In this document: piece after piece, positions 1 to 7,970 of the stretch
How positions within the stretch are numbered: the first letter of the stretch is position 1
Layout of the letters: every line of letters begins with the position of its first letter
Origin: Candidatus Eiseniibacteriota bacterium
Lineage (GTDB): Bacteria; ARS69
Direction of reading: 5' to 3'
DNA length: 12,781 nucleotides
Assembly (NCBI GenBank): GCA_052390515.1
Contig: JBQTGV010000098.1
Span: forward strand, 1 to 12,781
Notes under the pieces: model-generated
What the model was told of the DNA's origin: nothing
Databases searched by the model: none
The model's input: the letters and a program-made list of their open reading frames with translations, nothing else
Program-made: the position numbers and the translations under genes

Positions 1-2
1 GG

Positions 3-10
3 CACCTCCT
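3..10 (-). promoter_or_regulatory. Shine-Dalgarno for the next gene, which starts beyond the left edge
   Basis: The minus strand reads AGGAGGTG shortly after the cca stop codon, so the operon probably continues out of the window. Confidence 0.5.
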
Positions 11-22
11 GGCTGCGCGTGA

Positions 23-1402
23 TCAGCCTCGCTCATCCTTCGTGGTTGAAAGCAGCGAGCGCGCGAACATCAGCCCGCCATCGAGATCGGTGAAGACGTC
101 GTCGAGCTGCGCCTCGTACGTACGACGGAGGAGCGCCCCCATCGCGGGACCTGGGGACATCCCGTGGGTGATCAGATGGCGTCCTTGCACGAGCGGGGCA
201 GGGGCCGAGGCCTCCAGCTGGAAGGCGCGCACCCGATCTTCGAACCAGATCGCTGCGCTCGCGTCCCGCGCCGGCGCACCTCGACCGAGCATGTCCGCGT
301 GCGCCAGAGAAGCGAGATCGAGCAGGTTCACCTCCTGCGCCAGCCGCCGGAACGCGCCGATCCCGACCGTGTCCCGAACCTTGTAGAGCGTCGCCGGGGC
401 GAGGTGCCGACGGACGAGACCTGTCACGCGCTGGATCGTCGCCCGATCGATCGCGAGTCGAGTCAGGAACGTCTGCGTCGGATCGACGCCTGCCTCCTCG
501 TGACCGTGCGCGATCCACCGGCCGGCTCGAAGTCCCTCGGTCGCCAGCCGCGTGACGAGCGGCTTGCCAAGGTCGTGACAGAGGGCGGCGAGGAGGAGGC
601 CGAGGTCGTCCGTCCTGGCACGCATGGCCTCCACGGTGTAGCGCGTGTGGGTCCAGACGTCGGCCTCCGGGTGGAAGACCGGGTCCTGGAGCGTGAACAG
701 GAGCGCGAACAGTTCAGGGAACCACGCCCCGCGCCACATCGCATGAAGTGCCCGCAGGCCGGCGCCGACATGCGGTGCCTGAAGCAGCCCGCACAGCTCG
801 TAGCCGATGCGCTCTCCAGAGAGCGAAGACACCGGCTGGCGATGACACAGGGCGAGAGTGTGGACCTCGACCTGGAAGCCAAGCTTCGCGGCGAACCGGC
901 AGGCCCTGAGGGCCCGCAGAGGATCATCACCGAACAGCGGTGGATGCACCGCACGGAGCACGCGGTGCTCGAGGTCCTTGAGCCCGCCGACGAGATCGTG
1001 AATCGCGCCGGTGGCTGGATCCTGCAGGAGCGCGTTGACCGTGAAGTCGCGCCGGAGCACCGCCTCGGCCATCGGCATCGCGGGGTCGGCGGAGATCGAG
1101 AAGTCTCGATGGCCGACGCCGAGCTTCGAGTCGCGACGGGGGAGGCTGACGTCTACGGTCTCCCCGTCCACGGTGACCCTGAGGACGGAGAACGACGCGC
1201 CGACCTCGTCGATCGTCCCGACACGCGCGCAGGCCGCACGCACGCCCGAAGCATCCAGCCCGTACACCTCAACGTCGTCGTCCTTCGGGCTAAGGCCGAG
1301 CAGACGATCGCGCACGCCGCCACCCACGAGGTACGGACGGCCGCCGGCCTCACGCAGGGCGCACACGACAGCGAGGACCGACGGGGACAGCGTGGGGATC
1401 AT
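23..1402 (-). CDS. cca: Class II tRNA nucleotidyltransferase (CCA-adding enzyme / poly(A) polymerase family) with HD domain, 459 aa
   Basis: Motifs LVGGGVRDRLLG..KDDDVEV (motif A), RRDFTVNAL (motif B), DDPLRALRACRFAAKLGF (motif D) and ERIGYEL. HD region QDPVFHPEADVWTHT..ALCHDLGKP..GHEEAG..ADMLGRG. C-terminal PLVQGRHLITHGMSPGPAMG. SD AAAAGGAGG precedes the ATG. Confidence 0.9.
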   Translation of the reverse strand: MIPTLSPSVLAVVCALREAGGRPYLVGGGVRDRLLGLSPKDDDVEVYGLDASGVRAACARVGTIDEVGASFSVLRVTVDGETVDVSLPRRDSKLGVGHRDFSISADPAMPMAEAVLRRDFTVNALLQDPATGAIHDLVGGLKDLEHRVLRAVHPPLFGDDPLRALRACRFAAKLGFQVEVHTLALCHRQPVSSLSGERIGYELCGLLQAPHVGAGLRALHAMWRGAWFPELFALLFTLQDPVFHPEADVWTHTRYTVEAMRARTDDLGLLLAALCHDLGKPLVTRLATEGLRAGRWIAHGHEEAGVDPTQTFLTRLAIDRATIQRVTGLVRRHLAPATLYKVRDTVGIGAFRRLAQEVNLLDLASLAHADMLGRGAPARDASAAIWFEDRVRAFQLEASAPAPLVQGRHLITHGMSPGPAMGALLRRTYEAQLDDVFTDLDGGLMFARSLLSTTKDERG

Positions 1403-1748
1403 CGGCGCCTCCTTTTTTCTTGATGGTGTTGTGTTCGATTCACTTCTCCTTCCCTGAAGAAGAAACAGGGCAGGCCGCCGACGGAGAGATCGCGGCTGAC
1501 GGGGTGCAGGACCACACGACCCAGGGGCGTGATCTCAGCCCCGAACCGAAGGCCCACGACCGCCTTGACGCTCGCCGTTCCTTCCTCCGGGTCGACCACC
1601 CGTCGCGCGTGTCGAGGACGGCGACGTGACGACCGATCCAGAGGCGGAGGCACGCCGACCGGAAGCGACCCGAGATGTGTACCCCAGGGCGCCGATGTTC
1701 CACCCCGTCGAGATCGCCGTTGCCGATACCGACTTCGACGTACTCCAA
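1399..1748 (-). pseudogene. DUF3977-like small protein, apparently frameshifted near 1569 (the uncorrected frame ends at 1440)
   Basis: Strong SD AGGAGGTGAGG with a TTG start at 1748. EYVEVGIGN..LRLWIGRHVAVLDTRDGW..RKERRA matches my recollection of DUF3977 (YIExGIGN..YLRxWIGxxVxILDSxEG..KxRxAFKxxxG). The expected ending (KAVVGLRF) is in another frame, which stops at 1399 with an ATGA overlap onto cca. Confidence 0.5.
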
Positions 1749-2514
1749 GCACCTCACCTCCTTTTGACGCGAACATGTCGAGTCACACCCTTTCAGACCA
1801 GGGATCGGAGCGGCCGCCAGCGGTGACGTCCGGAAGGAGCGGCTGAAGCCTAAGAGGAGCGAGCGGGTCGCGCATGTGGCGAGGGCAGAGGACGAAAGGG
1901 GAGCGCGGGGCGTCCTGATCGCCCAGCGGCGCAGCGCTTAGAGCACGGCCGTTGCGTCGGAGCCAGGGAGGGCTCTCAATCCACTCATCCCCTCACAAGA
2001 AAAAAACAGCGCCAGCCGCAAGACCGCCGCCGACGATGGAGAAACCGCCGCGCACCAGTCGAAGGGCTCCACGCCGCGTGGAATGGCCGCGGCGCGATGG
2101 GCGCGCGCCACCACGAGCGCGACGTGACGCGGCGAAGATGCGAAGACTGTGCACGCCGTCACCGCGGCGGCGGGAGCGCAAGGCGCGGTCTACTCCTCCT
2201 GCTACCGACGAGTGCGGGCCCCACGCCGCCGACACGCACGGGAAGCATCGTGCGGGCGAGAGGACCGAGGTAGGCGCGACTCCGCCGCGCCGCAGCAGTC
2301 GCCGTCGACGCGAGCGCGCGCCGACGAACGCCCGCCATGGCCGCCGCGAGGCGTCCGCGACACCGTGCGCCTCACAAGCCCGCCTATATATTCATTAGGA
2401 TTCTCTACAAATGGAGCGACGGGGGAATGCTCTGTAAGACTGCGGCGGGGTGAGAGAAAGGCGCCGTAGCGTCGTCGAAACGGGCACAGTGACACTCGAA
2501 CGAGTTCTGGTGAC

Positions 2515-2919
2515 CTATCGGACCCACGGACCACGCATCAGACGGTCGAGCTTGTCCTCCATCGTTGCCACCGGAGCTTCCTCGGCGCCCTCCTCAAGCA
2601 ATGACGCTGCATGCTCCACCGGGGTGATCGCGGTGCTTCGTGAGACGGGTGCAGGCCCTCCAATGGGCGGCGGCGTCGCCCGTCGGCGCCGCGGCGCCGA
2701 CGCGGCCTGCTGGGCAAGGACCCCACGAAGCTCCGCCTCGGAGAGGACCGCGTCGCCGAGTTCAGGCGCGAGGCAGGTCAGCAGCGCTTCCTTGATGGCT
2801 CGGTTCCGTCGCCGCCGAGGGATGGCGAAGAGCCGCCGGAGAATCGCGACGTCTGCGGCGTTGTCGAGGCTGAAGTAGAGCGTCCGGTAGTGCCGGTCGG
2901 TGGCCTTCGAGGAGTCCAT
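2515..2919 (-). CDS. ParR/StbB-like partition adaptor (putative ribbon-helix-helix), 134 aa
   Basis: Directly downstream of the ParM gene. N-terminal strand-helix-helix pattern RTLYFSLDNAADVAILRRLFAIPRRRRNRAIKEAL, a Pro/Ala linker, and a short amphipathic C-terminal helix MEDKLDRLM. Confidence 0.65.
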   Translation of the reverse strand: MDSSKATDRHYRTLYFSLDNAADVAILRRLFAIPRRRRNRAIKEALLTCLAPELGDAVLSEAELRGVLAQQAASAPRRRRATPPPIGGPAPVSRSTAITPVEHAASLLEEGAEEAPVATMEDKLDRLMRGPWVR

Positions 2920-2942
2920 CGTGGGGCCTCGTCGGGGCGGCC

Positions 2943-2975
2943 GTCTAACAGACGTCTATCAGAAATCTGTGAGAC
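2943..2975. repeat. Three tandem 11-bp imperfect palindromes; candidate parC or ParR operator
   Basis: GTCTAACAGAC (2943-2953), GTCTATCAGAA (2954-2964), ATCTGTGAGAC (2965-2975). AT-richer than the surroundings and located between parM and parR. Confidence 0.55.
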
Positions 2976-2997
2976 GGCGGCCGTCGCGCGGTGCTCC

Positions 2998-3999
2998 TCA
3001 TGAGCGGGAAGGTTGCCGGGAGAGCCGGCACCCGAAGCGGTAGTACCCCAGGGCGTTCTGGATCCGGGAGTTCGCCACGAGCTTCGCGTGCGGGGCGATC
3101 TGCTGTAGGCGAGCCCCGAGGAGTTGAGCGCCCCCGCCGGTGAGCCAGAGGACCTCCAGACTACGCGCCTGGTCGCCCCACAGCATCCGGGCGTGCGCGG
3201 CGATGGCGTCGGCGTGGCGGTCCAGAAGGGAGTCGACGGTCGCACTGATGTCGACCTGCGTGTCGGCGATCTTCACCGTGCGCCGGAGTACGGAATCGTT
3301 CATGGCGTGCGGGTCGATCTCGACACCGTAGCGCTTGCCGATCTCGCGGCTGACGTCGAGCATCAGTTCTGCCATCCCACTGTTGCGCGTGAGGCACTCG
3401 CCAGGGATGACCTCGAATCCCTGGAGGGTGAAGTAGTCGGACGTCCGGAACCCGATGTCGAGGACCCCGAGGCGTGCATCCGCGAGCGAGGCATCGGTGA
3501 TGACGCCGGTGTCGTCCATCACCTGCGAGAACACGGTCCCGAGCGGCTGGGGCAGGACGCGAACCTCCTGGATCGTGATTTCCCATGGCGTCCCTTCCGG
3601 CAGGACCTCCACCTTGTGCGTCCCTTCGAGCTGCCGTTTCACGGTCGCCGCATGGGCCGCAAGGTCGTCCACCGGGAGGCCCGTGATGACCGTGGCGAAC
3701 CCCCCCGATTCGCGCACGCGCCGCCGGATGGCCTGCAGCGCGAGCAGCTGGTACGGCACCGTCGTGAGCCATTCGCGATTGAGTCCGACGAGCGGGCGCT
3801 TGCTGACCTTGAGAGCCCGCACGCCGATGACGTACTGGCGTCCCTGGTACATGAGCGCATCGAGATCCTTGCGGTCGAACCCACCGCCGATGGTCACTTC
3901 GTTCGGCGTCCAGTCCGCAACAACGGACTGGAACGCGTCCGAGCCGAACTTGCAGACGCTCTTCGTGAACCCGAATCCGAGGTCGAGCCCGAACAGCAT
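2998..3999 (-). CDS. parM: ParM/StbA-family actin-like plasmid segregation ATPase, 333 aa
   Basis: Phosphate-1 GLDLGFGFTK, ITGLPV, VLPQPLG, phosphate-2 VLDIGFRTSD and adenosine motif LWLTGGGA. SD AAGGAGGAG. Confidence 0.9.
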   Translation of the reverse strand: MLFGLDLGFGFTKSVCKFGSDAFQSVVADWTPNEVTIGGGFDRKDLDALMYQGRQYVIGVRALKVSKRPLVGLNREWLTTVPYQLLALQAIRRRVRESGGFATVITGLPVDDLAAHAATVKRQLEGTHKVEVLPEGTPWEITIQEVRVLPQPLGTVFSQVMDDTGVITDASLADARLGVLDIGFRTSDYFTLQGFEVIPGECLTRNSGMAELMLDVSREIGKRYGVEIDPHAMNDSVLRRTVKIADTQVDISATVDSLLDRHADAIAAHARMLWGDQARSLEVLWLTGGGAQLLGARLQQIAPHAKLVANSRIQNALGYYRFGCRLSRQPSRS

Positions 4000-4014
4000 T
4001 GCGCTCCTCCTTGG

Positions 4015-4109
4015 CGATCATCAGTTGAGCGCGGTATCGCGCATGGGTCCCGGAGGACCGTTGGCGCGGGGAGTCCGGTACTCCCCCTCGTCGCCTTCAA
4101 CTGTGATCG
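4015..4109 (-). promoter_or_regulatory. Predicted four-way-junction structure in the parM leader
   Basis: Outer stem 4015-4028/4097-4109 (one bulge) encloses three hairpins: 4029-4042, 4046-4059 and 4068-4086. Confidence 0.4.
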
Positions 4110-4169
4110 TCCCGGGTGAGCAATCGATAAGGGCTTGTGGGATCAGATCTGCCCCCGACTCTGAACGAT

Positions 4170-6137
4170 TCAGTCGTGCAGACCGTCGCCGTCCTGGTCG
4201 AGCATGTCGTCCATCACGTTCGCCTCAAGGGCGTCGCCGTCGTCCGCGGCAGCCTCACCCGGCTGGCGTACCGACGGCGGGCTCACGGGCGCGATCGTAA
4301 TGGGTCGCGTCGATGGCGCTGGCGGCCGTGCCGCGGGCGGCGCGGCCGGCGTGACGGGGGGCGGTGTGACGGGCGCAGCCGGCGCGCCGGTTGACGGCCC
4401 TCCCGGGGCACCGGGACGGACGTAGCTGATGAGCGTCGTCGGCTGGGGCTGTCCGCGCCGTCGACGCATCGCACCAGAGGTGCTCGTCGAGGCGGGTGTC
4501 GTCCCGGGCTGGGGAGCGGCCCCGCCGGGACCGTCCGCTCGACGAGGAGACGGCGCCGTCGGAGCCGCGGCGCCGTTGCCGCCGGCGGTGCGGTTCCGCC
4601 CCGCGCCGTTCGCGCCGGCCTCCGCCTGTTCGCTCCGCCGGATATTCACCAGTCGGACGTAGCGACCGAGATCGAGGGGCGGCGGCGGCTCGCGGTCCCA
4701 CCGTGCGCAGTGGCTCGCGTAGTCCCATCCCGTCGGCGCAGCGTTCGTTTGCGCCCAGAGGCTCCACAGCGTGAACGGCATCGTCCGGGCGCCCTTGGGG
4801 CTGAGCCACATCATGTGGCCGCGCGACGCCAGCTCGTGGGTGAGTTGCCGGCTCTCCATCACGAGGTCCTTCTGGATGCGGTACCCCGCGAAGGACGCGC
4901 GCCCGTCGGTACGGTTCGTCCATCCCATCCAGCTCGAGAGCGCCAGCGGCGACCAGGTGCGACCTCGACTCTCCGTCTCGCTCACCTGGATGACCGTGCG
5001 GTCCGCCTTGCCGGTGAAGCGCGCGAGATATTCGGCGCCTTCGCCGGGCCCCAAGCGGAAGGACGTGATGTGCGCGCAGTTGCCAAGCACGCGGTCCCGA
5101 AAGCCCTCCGACAGCCCCGACGCACGATCGCTCAGGCCGCTGACCGTCTGCGAGCCGAGGATGATCCCGATGCCCGTGGAGCGGGCCTGCTCGAACACGC
5201 GCGCGAACTGTGGCAACGCGTAGCTCGGAAACTCGTCGAGGAAGATGACGAAGGGCGCGTGCACCAACTCGCCCTCCGTCCGCTGGATCTCGTCGATCGC
5301 CATGGTGAGGTCGGTGATGAAGAGTCGCCCCAATTGGCCCCCATCGGCGTCAAGTCCCGGCGGGAGGCCCATGTAGGTCCACAGGCCGCGCCGTGCGCCC
5401 TGCAGCAGATCGACGTCGCTGAAGGGTTGGTTGAGGAGACCGGCCCACTTGCCCACATCGAGGCCTTGTAGGACCGAGGTCAGTCCCGACAGCGCCTCCT
5501 GGGCCTGGTGCGCTTGGAACTCCCCGCGCCGGTAGTAGCGCCGGAAGAACGCGTCGAGATCTGCCATACGGTCTTTCTTGCCGAGCGCCGTGAGTCGCCT
5601 CCGGAGCCTTGGCGCGGCGATCTCGTAGTTCCGGGCAAGCTGGAGGATGTCGTCCGGGACGTGACGCAGCTCGGCTGCCATCAACGCGCTGCAGGCCAGC
5701 AGGAGAAACTCGAACTGGATATCGTGGTAGTGCTTGGCTTCGGACGTGGGCTCGATCGGCGGCAACTGCGAAAAGTAGAGGTTCGCGAGAGCGATCGGGT
5801 TCGTCGTCACTGCCGGGTTGTAGGCGTGGACCGGGCGTGTGGGATCGAAGATCCGCATCCGCCAGAGCTGTTGGCGCTGCATCGCCGCCCACGCGAGCGC
5901 GCGCGGCATCATCGGGTCGTGCTTGGTGGTGCAGAAGAGGAATCCCCGCCCGCGGTCCATCAGCTGGAGCATCAGCGCGAGGAACAGCGAGGTCTTTCCC
6001 GTCCCGGTCGTCCCGAACACAGCGAGGTGGCGGACGAGCTCATCGGCCGCGATGTCGATCGGTGTGCCCGACTCTGCCTCGTAGCCGAACACAAGCGGGG
6101 CAAACGGAATGCGGAGTTCCCTGCCGAGGGTGCTCAT
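4170..6137 (-). CDS. Type IV coupling protein (TraD/VirD4/TrbC/DotL-like ATPase), 655 aa
   Basis: Walker A RHLAVFGTTGTGKT (~5991-6014), Walker B FVIFLDEFPSY, then FEQARSTGIGIILGSQTVSGL and VLGNCAHITSFR, typical of the TraG/TraD C-terminal domain. Start placed at 6137 (MSTLGREL) because of the ATGA overlap with the upstream stop. Confidence 0.88.
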   Translation of the reverse strand: MSTLGRELRIPFAPLVFGYEAESGTPIDIAADELVRHLAVFGTTGTGKTSLFLALMLQLMDRGRGFLFCTTKHDPMMPRALAWAAMQRQQLWRMRIFDPTRPVHAYNPAVTTNPIALANLYFSQLPPIEPTSEAKHYHDIQFEFLLLACSALMAAELRHVPDDILQLARNYEIAAPRLRRRLTALGKKDRMADLDAFFRRYYRRGEFQAHQAQEALSGLTSVLQGLDVGKWAGLLNQPFSDVDLLQGARRGLWTYMGLPPGLDADGGQLGRLFITDLTMAIDEIQRTEGELVHAPFVIFLDEFPSYALPQFARVFEQARSTGIGIILGSQTVSGLSDRASGLSEGFRDRVLGNCAHITSFRLGPGEGAEYLARFTGKADRTVIQVSETESRGRTWSPLALSSWMGWTNRTDGRASFAGYRIQKDLVMESRQLTHELASRGHMMWLSPKGARTMPFTLWSLWAQTNAAPTGWDYASHCARWDREPPPPLDLGRYVRLVNIRRSEQAEAGANGAGRNRTAGGNGAAAPTAPSPRRADGPGGAAPQPGTTPASTSTSGAMRRRRGQPQPTTLISYVRPGAPGGPSTGAPAAPVTPPPVTPAAPPAARPPAPSTRPITIAPVSPPSVRQPGEAAADDGDALEANVMDDMLDQDGDGLHD

Positions 6138-6412
6138 CGCCCAGGCTTCACCGTGGCCAGAATCCAGATCCTGATCCGCCGGCACAGCCGGTAGGTGGTC
6201 CAAGCCCAGACCGCCGTCAAGGCCACCATCGCGGCCGCCTCGGGCGCGAAGGTCGGCATGCACCCCAGCAGGGTCGACACCAGCACCACGAAGGCGAGGA
6301 ATCCGACGATGGTCAGTGCAACGCTGGTCGTCGTCTCGACCAGCGTTGCCTTCGGGACCGGCGCGCTCGGCGCGGTAAGGCCCGTAGGACGGAGCGAACT
6401 GTCGTGGCTCAT
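6134..6412 (-). CDS. Small membrane protein with two predicted TM helices, 92 aa
   Basis: Hydrophobic segments VALTIVGFLAFVVLVSTLLG and AAAMVALTAVWAWTTY, with a basic C-terminus. ATGA overlaps at both ends. Confidence 0.7.
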   Translation of the reverse strand: MSHDSSLRPTGLTAPSAPVPKATLVETTTSVALTIVGFLAFVVLVSTLLGCMPTFAPEAAAMVALTAVWAWTTYRLCRRIRIWILATVKPGR

Positions 6413-6654
6413 GCGCTGGCGATCATCACGGCCGGGACCGATGTCGGCCTCTGGGCGAGCGCCCTCGGCGTCCGCGTCCGGAGCATGGCGACGATGAGAA
6501 ACGCCAGCACCCCGCCAAGCGCGCTCGTGAGCGTCGCTTCCGCCCAGAGCGCGGGCAGGCAGGCGCGAAGTTGTCCGGTCACCGCCTCGAGGAGGTCGAG
6601 GTGTTCGAGGACCAGACCGGTAGAGAGCGACAGTCCGGCAAAACGGTTAAGCAT
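6409..6654 (-). CDS. Small membrane protein, 81 aa
   Basis: ATG at 6654 preceded by GGAGGA and overlapping the upstream stop. TM-like segment TLTSALGGVLAFLIVAML. ATGA overlap with the next gene. Confidence 0.6.
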   Translation of the reverse strand: MLNRFAGLSLSTGLVLEHLDLLEAVTGQLRACLPALWAEATLTSALGGVLAFLIVAMLRTRTPRALAQRPTSVPAVMIASA

Positions 6655-7957
6655 TGTGGAGTTCCTCCTCTGCGACCTCAGCGGTCCCGGAGGTCGGGGC
6701 AGACGCGACAGGACGTCCGGCGACTTCGGCGTCTGCCTGTTTGAGCCATGCCAGGAGCTGACGGACACGCGGACGACAGTTGGCAGGGACGAGATCCGGC
6801 GCATGCTCGGTGTGCAGCGCGAGGAGCACGTCTTCGATCTCTGGTGCCGAGAACACGTCCCGCAGGCTGGGGCTGAGCGCGAGCACCTGTGCGCCAAGGC
6901 TGTCGTGCGGGACGGCCGAGTGCGATGTCCATGTGCCGTAGTCGTCCTCGTGGTAGCTGAGGATCTTGCCGAGGTCGTGGCTGGCGGCCAGCGTGGCGGC
7001 AAGCGCGCGGTCGCGTGGCAGCGCGTCGGCGGCCAGGCGGTTGATGGCGCGCACCACGGCGAGGGTGTGAGTCGCGAGGCCGGCCTCCACGCGATCGTGC
7101 CCCTTCAGACTGCCGGGCATCTGCCGGGCGCGGAACAGCCACGCGCTGATGTCCTGGGCCAGTCGTGCCGGGACACCTTCCGCCATCAACGCGGCGGCGA
7201 GCGCTGTGTTCGCGGGCCCCCGCACGAGCCGCACGGGGCGATGTCGTGGCGCGAGGGGCATCGCCGTCGGCGGCTTCGCCGGGGGCGCCAGGCGATGGAC
7301 TGCGACAGCCGTAGTCAGGAGGGTCGTGAGGGCAAGGCTCGCGAGGGACCACGAGACGAGCGTCCAGAACAGCGTGCGCAACAACAGGTGTCGAACGCGA
7401 ATGTGCGCGTCTGCCGCGGCCGCGTGCGCCGCCGTCAGCCTGCCGACCAACCGCTCGGCCGCCTGCTCGGGGGACAGCGCGCCCGACTTATCGGGAACGG
7501 GCTGCAGTTCGAGCGTCTCCCGCGTCGTGTCGGCCATCGCGCCCACCACGCTGCGGATCAGCCGCGACATGCGGTTGGAGACGACCTGGGTGTCGGACAG
7601 TGGCCGCGCGCCGCGCGGCACGAATGTCGAGACGCGCTGCGCCTCGCTCCAGGACGTCTGTACGGTCGCCTGAGCGGGACCGAGGATCATCACGGCTTGC
7701 GTGTACGGATCGCTCGGAAACCTCGTCACGGTGCGCATCCACCGCGCGCCGAAGCGATCGAGCGCGATCGCCGCCTCAGCGGCGGAGGCGGTGGCCACGA
7801 GTTGCTCGTTGATCGACGTCTCGGCGGTGCGCATGACGTGATCGACGTTGCCGTCGACGGCGGCGGTGTTGAGCGCGCCCCAGAACGCGCAGGCCGTGGA
7901 CGACATGCCGAAGAAGGACAGGAGGCTCCAGAGGAGCGCTTCAAGGACCGCCGTCAT
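6647..7957 (-). CDS. Membrane-anchored HD-domain phosphohydrolase, 436 aa (TraI_2/MOBH- or YhaM-like motifs)
   Basis: N-terminal hydrophobic segment VLEALLWSLLSFFG and a second TM LFWTLVSWSLASLALTTLLTTAVAV. C-terminal GHDRVEAGLATHTLAV..AASHDLGKIL..HDSLGA..LHTEH..LKQADAE gives the H..HD..H..H..D metal-ligand set. Start placed at MTAV, after GAGGA. Confidence 0.75.
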   Translation of the reverse strand: MTAVLEALLWSLLSFFGMSSTACAFWGALNTAAVDGNVDHVMRTAETSINEQLVATASAAEAAIALDRFGARWMRTVTRFPSDPYTQAVMILGPAQATVQTSWSEAQRVSTFVPRGARPLSDTQVVSNRMSRLIRSVVGAMADTTRETLELQPVPDKSGALSPEQAAERLVGRLTAAHAAAADAHIRVRHLLLRTLFWTLVSWSLASLALTTLLTTAVAVHRLAPPAKPPTAMPLAPRHRPVRLVRGPANTALAAALMAEGVPARLAQDISAWLFRARQMPGSLKGHDRVEAGLATHTLAVVRAINRLAADALPRDRALAATLAASHDLGKILSYHEDDYGTWTSHSAVPHDSLGAQVLALSPSLRDVFSAPEIEDVLLALHTEHAPDLVPANCRPRVRQLLAWLKQADAEVAGRPVASAPTSGTAEVAEEELHNA

Positions 7958-7970
7958 CGCGCGCGCGTCC

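Noticed and set aside
1399-1443. 14-codon leader peptide (VNRTQHHQEKRRRR) overlapping the cca start
   Set aside because: The AAGGAG-to-GTG spacing is only 2 nt, and the Arg codons simply spell the cca SD.
1905-1945. oriT nic site (CGTCCTG in a hairpin loop; TAAGCGCTGCGCC on the minus strand)
   Set aside because: Only partial similarity to the MOBP (YATCCTG) and MOBQ (TAAGTGCGCCCT) cores, and no matching relaxase in the window.
4011-4109. tRNA gene (cloverleaf-like fold ending in CCA)
   Set aside because: No TTC T-loop, no D-loop GG, no 7-nt anticodon loop, and the outer stem is too long.
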